Assembly: GCA_902620405.1 (NCBI GenBank) | Contig: CACNIC010000002.1 | Span: 68,084-132,083 of the forward strand | DNA from: an uncultured SAR202 cluster bacterium | Lineage (GTDB): Bacteria > Chloroflexota > Dehalococcoidia > Lucifugimonadales > Lucifugimonadaceae | Reading direction: 5' to 3' | DNA length: 64,000 nucleotides | Part shown: positions 49,354-57,713 of the stretch, one piece after another | Layout of the letters: every line of letters starts with the position of its first letter | Numbering within the stretch: the first letter of the stretch is position 1 | Made by a program: the position numbers and the translations under genes | Notes under the pieces: generated by a model | Database searches by the model: none | Told to the model about the DNA's origin: nothing | Seen by the model: the letters and a program-made list of their open reading frames with translations, nothing else

Positions 49354-49775
49354 TGAAAAAATATGAATTAGTAATTGACGGAAAAAAATATGAAGTTGAA
49401 GTTGATTTAGGCGGTTTAAGCCCAAGCGTTTTGGTTAATGGAAAAAAAATTGATGTCGCTATAGGCAGTTCGGATGCTGCTGAAAAACCAAGAATTGAAA
49501 GAAAAAAGACTAAAAAATCTTCTGATGATAAAAATGATAACGTTGTAGAGACATCTGATGACCCAGGAGACTTAAAAGCTTTAATGCCAGGTAAGGTTAC
49601 TAAAGTACTTGTATCTAGTGGTCAAAAAGTGAAGGTAGGTGAACCTGTCTTACTAATGGAGTCTATGAAAATGGAACAAACTATAGTTGCTACTAAGGAT
49701 GGGAATATATCTGAAATTTTAGTTTCTGAAGGTGATACTGTTGAAGTAGGAAAAATAATGATTAAGATTAATTAA
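49353..49775 (+). CDS. biotin carboxyl carrier protein (biotinyl domain)
   Basis: MKKYELVIDGKKYEVEVD N-terminus, a linker, then PGKV...GEPVLLMESMKMEQTI, with the biotinyl-Lys codon at 49668-49670. ATG overlaps the oadG stop (TAATG) and AGAGAGG lies upstream. The track start at 49305 is inside oadG. Confidence 0.8.
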   Translation: MKKYELVIDGKKYEVEVDLGGLSPSVLVNGKKIDVAIGSSDAAEKPRIERKKTKKSSDDKNDNVVETSDDPGDLKALMPGKVTKVLVSSGQKVKVGEPVLLMESMKMEQTIVATKDGNISEILVSEGDTVEVGKIMIKIN

Positions 49776-49776
49776 A

Positions 49777-50973
49777 ATGGAAACAGATTACATTAATTTA
49801 ATTTTTGAAGGGTTTATTGATATTTATAATAACCCTAGGAATGCAATCATGTGGTTAATTGCTGGCTTTTTAATGTATTTTGGTATTGCTAAGAAAAAAG
49901 AACCGCTTTTATTAGTCCCTATATCTTTTGGTGTTCTTCTTGCAAATTTACCACTTGGAGAACTTGTTAAGCCATCATCAGGTGAAGGTGAACCTATGGG
50001 CTTTTTATTATTTTTTCAAGAAAACGGGCTCCATACTGACCTCTTGCCCCTTTTAGTTTTTCTTGGTCTAGGAGCTCTAACTGATTTCTCTCCAGTAATA
50101 TCTAATCCAAAAACATTGCTATTAGGTGCTGCTGCACAAGCAGGTGTATTTGTCGCTTTAATTGGAACTTTATTATTAAACCCTATATTTGATTTTGGGT
50201 TATTAGAAGCTTCGTCTGTTGGAATAATAGGGGGTGCTGATGGACCGACAACAATTTTTATTGCCTCAAGAATGAAAGAGCTTGGTAATTCACTTGGTGT
50301 TGGCGTGCAGGATATTGTAGGCGCAACAGCTGTAGCAGCATATTCATATATGGCTTTAGTACCGCTAATACAGCCTCCTATAATTAAATTTTTTACTACA
50401 AAAAAAGAAAGACAAATAGTTATGCCTCCACCCAAGCGAGAAGTTTCAAAAAGAGCTAAAATTTTATTTCCAATAATTTGCACTATTGTTATTAGTATTC
50501 TTGTTCCTAAAGCATCTCCGTTAGTTGGAATCTTAATGTTTGGAAACCTGATGAGAGAATGTGGTGTTGTTGAAAGATTAAGTAGTACCGCTCAAAATGA
50601 ATTAATGAATATTGTGGTAATAATTCTTGGATTGGCAGTTGGGTCAACAATGCCTGGTGAAGTATTTTTAAAATTTCAAACAATTGCAATCTTTGTTCTT
50701 GGTTTAGTTGCTTTTATTACAGCAACAATTGCTGGAATTCTTTTAGCAAAACTAATAAACCTAGTTAGTAAAGAAAAAATAAATCCTATGATAGGAGCTG
50801 CAGGTGTATCAGCAGTACCAATGGCAGCAAGAGTTGTACAAGAAATGGCGCAAAAGGAAAAGCCGGGCAATATGTTATTAATGCATGCAATGGGCCCAAA
50901 TATTGCTGGGGTAATTGGTACCGCAACAGTAGCAGGTGTTTTATTAAGTTTAGTTCCTGGGTTAATTGGGTAG
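49777..50973 (+). CDS. oadB: Na+-translocating decarboxylase beta subunit (OadB/GcdB/MmdB family)
   Basis: 398-aa polytopic protein: ...GIAKKKEPLLLVPISFGVLLANLP..., GGADGPTTIF, MGPNIAGVIGTA. Confidence 0.85.
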   Translation: METDYINLIFEGFIDIYNNPRNAIMWLIAGFLMYFGIAKKKEPLLLVPISFGVLLANLPLGELVKPSSGEGEPMGFLLFFQENGLHTDLLPLLVFLGLGALTDFSPVISNPKTLLLGAAAQAGVFVALIGTLLLNPIFDFGLLEASSVGIIGGADGPTTIFIASRMKELGNSLGVGVQDIVGATAVAAYSYMALVPLIQPPIIKFFTTKKERQIVMPPPKREVSKRAKILFPIICTIVISILVPKASPLVGILMFGNLMRECGVVERLSSTAQNELMNIVVIILGLAVGSTMPGEVFLKFQTIAIFVLGLVAFITATIAGILLAKLINLVSKEKINPMIGAAGVSAVPMAARVVQEMAQKEKPGNMLLMHAMGPNIAGVIGTATVAGVLLSLVPGLIG

Positions 50974-50977
50974 GCAA

Positions 50978-51850
50978 ATGAAAGGTGTATTTCCAATTTT
51001 ATCAACACCATTTGATTCAAAAGATAATATTATTTATGAAGATATTCATGCTGAAGTTGAATATGCTATTGAATCTGGAGTTAATGGAGTTGCAATTGCA
51101 CTTGCAAGTGAAGTTTATAAATTAACAGACCAGGAAAGAAATGAATTCCTGAAAAAAGTAGTTGAGTTTGCTGATAAGAGAATAAAAGTATGCATGAATA
51201 CAACGGCAGAATCTACAAAGCTTTGCATTGAATATTCAAAAAAAGCTGAAGAACTTGGTGCTGATGCAGTAATGATAGCCCCTCCATCTTTTGGTGGAGT
51301 TGATTCTTCAGAAATAAAAAAATATTTTATAAAAACTGCAGATAAAATTAATATTCCAATTTTCATGCAAGATGTATTTGATACGCCAATTTCCCCTGAA
51401 ATGGCCGTTGAATTATCGAAGAGCAATGAAAACTTGAAATATTTAAAAGTTGAAGTTGCGCCAACTTTGCCAAGATTTAATAAGTTAAAAGAAATTTCAA
51501 ATGATGGGTTTCCTATACCTTTTGGTGGAATGGGAGGAATATTTATGATTGAAGAAATGAGAAGAGGGTCAGTTGGGACAATGCCAGTCTGTGCATTCCC
51601 AAAGATATTTGTAAAAGCATACAATCTTTGGGTTGAGGGAAAACATCACAAAGCTGAAGAATACTTTCATAAGTATGTACCACTTATAAGAACATTGGGG
51701 CAAGGTTTAGGTATTTGGAATTGGCTTCCAAAATACATTCTTAAAAAGAAGGGTATCTTTTCAAATTCAATTGCAAGAGAACCATCTTTGAAACCAGATA
51801 ATGAACAAATTTATGAACTAGATAGGATGTTTGATAGGTTAGATTTGTGA
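50978..51850 (+). CDS. dihydrodipicolinate synthase/N-acetylneuraminate lyase (DapA) family protein, divergent
   Basis: MKGVFPILSTPF start, TIM-barrel-length protein, and a candidate Schiff-base Lys in NLKYLKVEV. Start taken at ATG 50978, 4 nt after the oadB stop. Confidence 0.7.
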   Translation: MKGVFPILSTPFDSKDNIIYEDIHAEVEYAIESGVNGVAIALASEVYKLTDQERNEFLKKVVEFADKRIKVCMNTTAESTKLCIEYSKKAEELGADAVMIAPPSFGGVDSSEIKKYFIKTADKINIPIFMQDVFDTPISPEMAVELSKSNENLKYLKVEVAPTLPRFNKLKEISNDGFPIPFGGMGGIFMIEEMRRGSVGTMPVCAFPKIFVKAYNLWVEGKHHKAEEYFHKYVPLIRTLGQGLGIWNWLPKYILKKKGIFSNSIAREPSLKPDNEQIYELDRMFDRLDL

Positions 51851-52638
51851 ATGATATAACAACATTAAATATTATTTTTTTAGTTTTTAGTTTACTTATT
51901 TCTGGATACTTTGCAGGGTTAGTAGGAATGCCACTTGGTCCAATACGTATATTTTTTATGCTTTTTTTTGGAGTAAATGCCCTGATTGTTTTTGGTACAA
52001 ATCTTGCTATTAGCTTTGTGATGATGATTCCAACAGTTTGGAATAATCTCAAACATAAAAGAATTGATTTTAAGACAGGAATTTTATTCATAATTTCTGG
52101 CGGGATAATTGGTCCATTTTTTGGAGGCATAATAAGTGAATCTTTTTCACAAGATATTTTACTTTTTATTGTTACAGTCTTAATTATTGTTTCTGGATTA
52201 TTAATAGTTCAAGCAGTACATTTTCCAAGTAAAAAAAACATTAAAGTTAATAAATCAAGAAAAGATCTTATAGCCTCTTTATTAAATGTAATTATAGGTG
52301 CTCTTGGTTCTTCGGTAGGTATGGTTTTAGGGGCTCTTAGATACCCTGTTATGATTAATTTTTTGAGGACAGAAGCAAAATCTGCAGGAGGGATAAACTC
52401 ATTTATAAACTTAATATTTGCTTTTTTTGGATTAATTGGGCATTTACTTGCATCTCAAGAATCAGGCAACAGTCATTTTAATTTTTATTTATTTTTACCA
52501 TTAGCTGTTGCAGGATTTATTGGTTCATATTTCGGTTCTAAACATGTAGCTTATTATTCAAACAAATTTATTCTAGTTATTCTTTATATTATTTTATTTA
52601 TAATGGGTACTTTAATGATACTAAGGGAGTTTATATAA
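51847..52638 (+). CDS. TauE/SafE family anion (sulfite/organosulfonate) permease
   Basis: ~8 TM helices in two repeats with Gly-rich helices (GLVGMPLGPIRI..., IGALGSSVGMVLGALRYP). GTG start overlaps the upstream stop (GTGA). Confidence 0.7.
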   Translation: MNDITTLNIIFLVFSLLISGYFAGLVGMPLGPIRIFFMLFFGVNALIVFGTNLAISFVMMIPTVWNNLKHKRIDFKTGILFIISGGIIGPFFGGIISESFSQDILLFIVTVLIIVSGLLIVQAVHFPSKKNIKVNKSRKDLIASLLNVIIGALGSSVGMVLGALRYPVMINFLRTEAKSAGGINSFINLIFAFFGLIGHLLASQESGNSHFNFYLFLPLAVAGFIGSYFGSKHVAYYSNKFILVILYIILFIMGTLMILREFI

Positions 52639-54321
52639 ATGTCTAAGTTAACCGGTAGTGACTTAATAATTAAATGTTTAAAGATGTATGATGTTGATAC
52701 CATTTTTGGCATTGCTGGCGATCACATTTTGCACTTACTTGATAAATTAATTGATCAAAATTTCAGAATGATAGATGGTCGTCATGAGGCTGCTTCTGTT
52801 CATATGGCTAACGCATATTCAAGAGTCTTAAGGAAACCAGGTGTAGTATTATCAACAACTCCAGGTCATGCAAATGCAGTTGCAGGATTAGCTAACGCAA
52901 TGCATTCTGAAGCTCCTGTAATAAATATTACTGGTTCAGCTGACTCTAGCAATATAGGCAGGGGTGCTATGCAAGAATTTGATCAAGTTGGTATTGCAAA
53001 ACCTGTTACAAAAGGTGCATGGGAAATACCATCTGTTGAAAGGATACCTGAATATATATCATTGGCATTTAGAACTGCAATGGAAGGCAAAAGAGGGCCA
53101 GTGCATTTAACAATTCCTCATGATTTACAAGAACAGACAGTTGATATTGAAGTTTTTCAAAGATACAAAAAAAGTGTTGTTGACGATATTAATAATTGGC
53201 TTACTTACCCAAATTTAAATCAAATTAATAAAAGTTTGGAGATGTTATCAAATGCAAAAAAACCGGTTATTATAGCTGGTCTTGGTGCTGGGGCTACTGT
53301 ATCAAGTAAAGATTTGGATCTATTTCTTAAAAATACTAAAATTCCATTCTTTGGAGTTGATTCTGGAAGGGCGTTGGTTCCTGATTCTCACGAATGTTCT
53401 TTGGGTATTGGTTATTTGCCATTAAATAAGTCTGCCCAAAGGGTTAGTGAATCCGATGTAGTTTTATTGTTGGGTGTAAAACTTGATTACCAGTTAGGTT
53501 TTGGAGGGTCACCTCCATTTAATAAGGACGCGAAAATAATTTGTGTTGATCCTGATATCGAACAACTAAATAGATCAAGAACCGTTTCATTAATTGTTAA
53601 TTCTGATGTAGGACCTTATGTTGAATTAATGAAACAAAGATCAGAAGGAATAAATTGGGATAATCATGAATGGCTAAAATCATTAAAAAATACTAAGAAA
53701 AATTATATAAGCGAAATGAACAAGTTGTCAGATGGCGAATTACCAATGCATCCAATGGATGTAAGCTTGTCCATTCAAGAACATTTAGATGACGATACCT
53801 TTGTTGTATTTGATGGAGGTGATTATTGTCATTTTTCGAGAGCAACAGTGCCAATTGAAAAATATTTAAGATCATTATACGTGAGTAGTTTTGGAATGAT
53901 TGGAGTGGGGCTTCCATATGCTATTGGTGCTAAAGCAGCACTTCCTGACAAAAAAGTAATATTAGTTGTTGGTGATGGTTCTTTAGGTTTTCATGTACCT
54001 GAAATTGATACTTCTGTAAGACACGATTTGCCAGTAACAGTGATAGTTGGCAATAATAGTTTATGGGGGATAGATTATTGGATTCAAAAGGGGCTGTATG
54101 ATAGGGATGTGTGGACAGAATTGGATCAAACAAATTATGAATTAGTTGCAAAAGGTTTTGGTGCACAAGGCATTCTTGTTGATAATCCAGAATTACTAAA
54201 ACAAGAATTAAAAAAATCATTAAATTCAAATAAAATGACAATATTAAATACCATTGTTAGAAAAATACCTAGTCCAGTAGCTGATGCAGCTGTGTCTAGA
54301 AAATTAGGAACACACGGATAA
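52639..54321 (+). CDS. thiamine diphosphate-dependent enzyme of the acetolactate synthase/2-hydroxyacyl-CoA lyase superfamily; substrate unknown
   Basis: Catalytic-Glu region DGRHEAASVHMANAY. ThDP motif VVGDGSLGFHVPE...VIVGNNSLWG. No small regulatory subunit follows. Confidence 0.85.
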   Translation: MSKLTGSDLIIKCLKMYDVDTIFGIAGDHILHLLDKLIDQNFRMIDGRHEAASVHMANAYSRVLRKPGVVLSTTPGHANAVAGLANAMHSEAPVINITGSADSSNIGRGAMQEFDQVGIAKPVTKGAWEIPSVERIPEYISLAFRTAMEGKRGPVHLTIPHDLQEQTVDIEVFQRYKKSVVDDINNWLTYPNLNQINKSLEMLSNAKKPVIIAGLGAGATVSSKDLDLFLKNTKIPFFGVDSGRALVPDSHECSLGIGYLPLNKSAQRVSESDVVLLLGVKLDYQLGFGGSPPFNKDAKIICVDPDIEQLNRSRTVSLIVNSDVGPYVELMKQRSEGINWDNHEWLKSLKNTKKNYISEMNKLSDGELPMHPMDVSLSIQEHLDDDTFVVFDGGDYCHFSRATVPIEKYLRSLYVSSFGMIGVGLPYAIGAKAALPDKKVILVVGDGSLGFHVPEIDTSVRHDLPVTVIVGNNSLWGIDYWIQKGLYDRDVWTELDQTNYELVAKGFGAQGILVDNPELLKQELKKSLNSNKMTILNTIVRKIPSPVADAAVSRKLGTHG

Positions 54322-54650
54322 TGCCAATTTACCATCAAGATAACTTAGAACCTAAAGAAATTCATCCTGGTGTAAATGTTAGAATAATGCATGGTGAAAA
54401 CATAATGATGATGTTGGTGGATATTGCTCCAGGAGCAACAGTCCCAACTCATACTCATGTAAACGAGCAAGCTGGAAGAGTACTTTCTGGCTCTTTTAAA
54501 TTAGTTATTGATGGACATGAACATATATTAAAAGAAGGCGATCATTATTTAATTCCTTCAAATGTACCTCACAGCGCCCATGGCAGTTCATCTAATTCAT
54601 TAGCTTTAGATATTTTTTCACCACCAAGAGAGGATTACAAAAAACTTTAA
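54321..54650 (+). CDS. cupin domain protein (metal-binding type)
   Basis: PGATVPTHTHVNEQAGRVLSG ... GDHYLIPSNVPHSA (cupin motifs 1 and 2). ATG overlaps the upstream stop. Confidence 0.75.
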   Translation: MPIYHQDNLEPKEIHPGVNVRIMHGENIMMMLVDIAPGATVPTHTHVNEQAGRVLSGSFKLVIDGHEHILKEGDHYLIPSNVPHSAHGSSSNSLALDIFSPPREDYKKL

Positions 54651-55082
54651 TTACTTTTTTGTTTCCCAGAAAATATCACCTATTTCTTCAAGAGCAGCTT
54701 GAAATTCCTTAGCTTTGCCTAAATCAACATTCACTTTAACAAAAGATCCTAATTTGCAAGCATTCCAAATTTTCTCATGAAGGTCAGGGTATTTTTCTAG
54801 ATGCTCAGGTTTGAAATAATCTGTCCAAAGAACTAAAACATCATCTTTTGCTTTTTTTGCATGAATTTCTTTAGCATACACATATCTCATCATTGAATTT
54901 GCAAGCGAAGGTGATGGACCACCTGAAACATCAAGTCCTTCCATTAATTCAGTCATCCTTACTACAGTTTTTGCTGCTTGTATTGCATCATTTGGATCAT
55001 ATATTCCGCACGGAATGTCACAATGAGCGTAAGCAGTTAATTCATTTTTTAATAAGTTTTTTATTCTATCGTTATTGAGCAT
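54651..55082 (-). CDS. sodN: nickel superoxide dismutase precursor
   Basis: Propeptide MLNNDRIKNLLKNELTAYA followed by the Ni-hook HCDIPCGIYDP. ~143 aa. Confidence 0.9.
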   Translation of the reverse strand: MLNNDRIKNLLKNELTAYAHCDIPCGIYDPNDAIQAAKTVVRMTELMEGLDVSGGPSPSLANSMMRYVYAKEIHAKKAKDDVLVLWTDYFKPEHLEKYPDLHEKIWNACKLGSFVKVNVDLGKAKEFQAALEEIGDIFWETKK

Positions 55083-55151
55083 AAAAATTTCTCCTGTTAA
55101 ATTATTAATAAGTTAATTATCTGATAAAAATCTTAAATGTAAAGAACATAA

Positions 55152-55550
55152 ATGTTAAAAAATCTATTAAATCAAAGAATAAATATTTTAGAAAAAAGTA
55201 TGGAACCCTCATTAATTCATGGTAGCTCAATAATAATGAGGAAAATTATATTGTTTTACAAGCCAAGGAGATTCGATGTTGTTCATTTTAAAAAAGATGG
55301 AACTAATCTTATTAAAAGGGTAGTGGGTTTGAATAACGAAAGAATTCAAATAAAAAATGGAGAATTAGTAATTAATGGAAATAAAATTTCAGAAAAATAT
55401 ATAAACGACAAATATATTTATGATTTTCCAGAAATGGTTATTGGTAAAGATGAATTATTTTTAATGGGAGATAATAGAAAAATATCTATAGATAGCAGAA
55501 AGTTTGGACCAGTTAAAATTAAAAATATCTTATCTTTTCAAAGACTTTAA
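55152..55550 (+). CDS. sodX: S26 signal-peptidase-like NiSOD maturation protease
   Basis: Ser motif SMEPSL, Lys motif LIKRVVGL, and LMGDNRKISIDSRKFGPV. No TM anchor. Divergent from sodN. Confidence 0.75.
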   Translation: MLKNLLNQRINILEKSMEPSLIHGSSIIMRKIILFYKPRRFDVVHFKKDGTNLIKRVVGLNNERIQIKNGELVINGNKISEKYINDKYIYDFPEMVIGKDELFLMGDNRKISIDSRKFGPVKIKNILSFQRL

Positions 55551-56843
55551 AATCATTTCAGAAGCAAATTTTCCGCTAATAACCGCACCTTCCATTGTAG
55601 ATGGCCATGAAGTGTTTACCCAATCGCCAGAATAAAAAATATTTTTTAGATTTAAAGGAACACTATTTCTAATTAATTCATTTTTGCTATTACATAAAAA
55701 AGTTGCATCTTTTTGCTTTACAATACTAAATTTCTCTAAATTTTTTTGATTTGCTTTTGGGTAAATTAAATTAAGTTCTTTTAAGAAAATCTTTTTAATT
55801 TCTTTCTTGTCCATTTTCATCCATTTGCTTGATGCACTTTGAGAAATGACAATATGGTTTTCATTATTATTATGATTTTTTGAAGCATTAAAGATCCATT
55901 GAATTTCAGAATCAACAGATGCTATATACCTATCATCAGTAATTTTATTTTTAAACCAAAAATGAATTCCCAATATTGGTGAAGTATCCAAATTGTTTTT
56001 TAAATTCAAATCAATATTTGAGTCTCTTAAAATTTTTTGAATAGATGAATATTGCGTTGCAAAAATATAATTTTTTGCAACTAATTTTTTTCCATTGCTT
56101 AGAATAATATTCTCAACTTTGTTTTTATAGATATTAATTTTTTTCACAATAGTTTTTTTCATGATATTTCTTGAATTAATTTTTTCAAATCTATCCCATA
56201 GTGTAGATAAATTAACTTTTGGTAAACCAAGGATTTGAGGATTTTTTGAAAAAAATGTTTCCTTAATAACAAATAAAGCAGATTTAGTTTCTATAGTATC
56301 TATTTCCTCATTTAAAGCAGGTTTTAAAAAAATATCCCAAAAAAATTTTATTGTTGATTCAGATTGATGATTAATTTTAAGCCATTTTTTGAAATTTTTT
56401 TCTTTATTGATATCTGAATCTAAATTAATATATTTTATTTTTAATAACAGCTTTATAAGCAAAACCTTTTCTTTTATGCTCAAGTGTTTATATTGAATAA
56501 GCGAAATTATTAAACCTAATGAGCCTCCAATGAATTTGGATCCAAGAACAGAAACTTTATTATTTTTAATAACTGGAACTTGGTAGTTTTTTATTCTTAT
56601 AAAATTTTCTTCATTATTAGTTTCTTCTAATAAGTTCAAATATTCTTTACATGCCCCAACAATTACATGCTGCCCATTATCAATATAATTTCCTGTTAAA
56701 GGATCTTTGAATGAGAATGCTCTTCCTCCAATGTAAGAGGATTTTTCGATCATCAATACATTTATTCCATTTTTTTTTAAATTTATAAATGCTTTAATGC
56801 CAGAAAGGCCACCGCCTATAATTATTACGTCATAATTTTTCAT
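55530..56843 (-). CDS. hpnE: FAD-dependent amine-oxidase-fold desaturase, HpnE-like (squalene-associated)
   Basis: YDVIIIGGGLSGIKA, IGGRAFSFKDPLTGNYIDNGQHVIVG (the DNGQHV pattern typical of HpnE rather than CrtI). Confidence 0.6.
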   Translation of the reverse strand: MKNYDVIIIGGGLSGIKAFINLKKNGINVLMIEKSSYIGGRAFSFKDPLTGNYIDNGQHVIVGACKEYLNLLEETNNEENFIRIKNYQVPVIKNNKVSVLGSKFIGGSLGLIISLIQYKHLSIKEKVLLIKLLLKIKYINLDSDINKEKNFKKWLKINHQSESTIKFFWDIFLKPALNEEIDTIETKSALFVIKETFFSKNPQILGLPKVNLSTLWDRFEKINSRNIMKKTIVKKINIYKNKVENIILSNGKKLVAKNYIFATQYSSIQKILRDSNIDLNLKNNLDTSPILGIHFWFKNKITDDRYIASVDSEIQWIFNASKNHNNNENHIVISQSASSKWMKMDKKEIKKIFLKELNLIYPKANQKNLEKFSIVKQKDATFLCNSKNELIRNSVPLNLKNIFYSGDWVNTSWPSTMEGAVISGKFASEMILKSLKR

Positions 56844-56855
56844 CTTGTGATTTTA

Positions 56856-57710
56856 TCAAATAAAATTTCTGTAAAATAAATATTTAAAAAGAGTTCTAGT
56901 AACTAATATTGATTTTTCAATTTTATTAACTTTAGGCCTAAATAGCACAGTTTCATAATTTATTTTTTTAATTTTTGATAATACAAGATTTCCACTTTGA
57001 ATAAATAAAGATATAGGGATTTTCTTTGGTCCATTTAAAATCTTGACTAGTGATTTACCATTGTTAATAATTTTGTGAGATCTTTCACATTGCATTTTTA
57101 CCAATTCATTCATTTCAACAGAAGATTTGTTATTTAAAATATCATTTTCGTCAATGTTAAATCTATTTAAATCTTCTATAGGCATGTAAATACGACCCAG
57201 CTTAGAATCCCTGTTGATATCTTGAATGAAATTTATAAGTTGCAAGCCAGTGCAAATGTTATCTGATAGTTTTAAATTTTTTTCATTAAAATCACCAAAT
57301 ATTTTTAACACCAAACTGCCAACTGGATTTGCAGATAATTTGCAGTAATTTAGCAAATCATTAAATGAATCATATCTTGATATCTCTAAATCTTGATAAT
57401 TAGATTTTATTAAATTTTGAAAGTCATCAATTGTCAATTTAAATTTAATTATTGTTTGCATTAAATCAAAAAATTCATCTTTTTCACTGCACATTCCATT
57501 GAAACAATCCTGTAGGGATATTTCTAAATTCCTTAACTCATCCAGTGCATGCTCTTTTTTTAGATCACTTAAATCATCAACTCTTCTACAAAAATAATAT
57601 ATTGATGAAAGATCAGGCATTAAATTTCTTAAATAGAAAGAAGACCATAGAGGAAAATTTTCATATGAGGTCTTTATCAATCTTTGATTATTATGTTTAT
57701 CAATACTCAT
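56856..57710 (-). CDS. hpnC: squalene/phytoene synthase family protein, HpnC-like
   Basis: SYENFPLWS near the N-terminus and two Asp-rich motifs, RRVDDLSD and IQDINRD. 284 aa. Confidence 0.6.
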   Translation of the reverse strand: MSIDKHNNQRLIKTSYENFPLWSSFYLRNLMPDLSSIYYFCRRVDDLSDLKKEHALDELRNLEISLQDCFNGMCSEKDEFFDLMQTIIKFKLTIDDFQNLIKSNYQDLEISRYDSFNDLLNYCKLSANPVGSLVLKIFGDFNEKNLKLSDNICTGLQLINFIQDINRDSKLGRIYMPIEDLNRFNIDENDILNNKSSVEMNELVKMQCERSHKIINNGKSLVKILNGPKKIPISLFIQSGNLVLSKIKKINYETVLFRPKVNKIEKSILVTRTLFKYLFYRNFI

Positions 57711-57713
57711 AAT

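Noticed and set aside
50016-51020. Minus-strand ORFs (155, 60, 114 and 63 aa) antisense to oadB
   Set aside because: They overlap a polytopic membrane protein gene with clear family motifs. The Ala/Pro/Ile-rich translations mirror the Gly/Ala-rich TM helices. There is no independent support.
52639-54321. Calling the ThDP enzyme sulfoacetaldehyde acetyltransferase (Xsc) because of the adjacent TauE gene
   Set aside because: Only generic ThDP-family motifs are recognisable. The N-terminal region does not resemble the Xsc sequences I recall. Context alone is not enough, so I kept it as substrate-unknown.
55530-57710. Calling the pair CrtI/CrtB (carotenoid synthesis)
   Set aside because: The flavoenzyme is short (437 aa) and carries the DNGQHV motif typical of HpnE. 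The synthase has an HpnC-like YENFP N-terminus. No crtY/blh/rhodopsin genes are nearby. The carotenoid call is not fully excluded.
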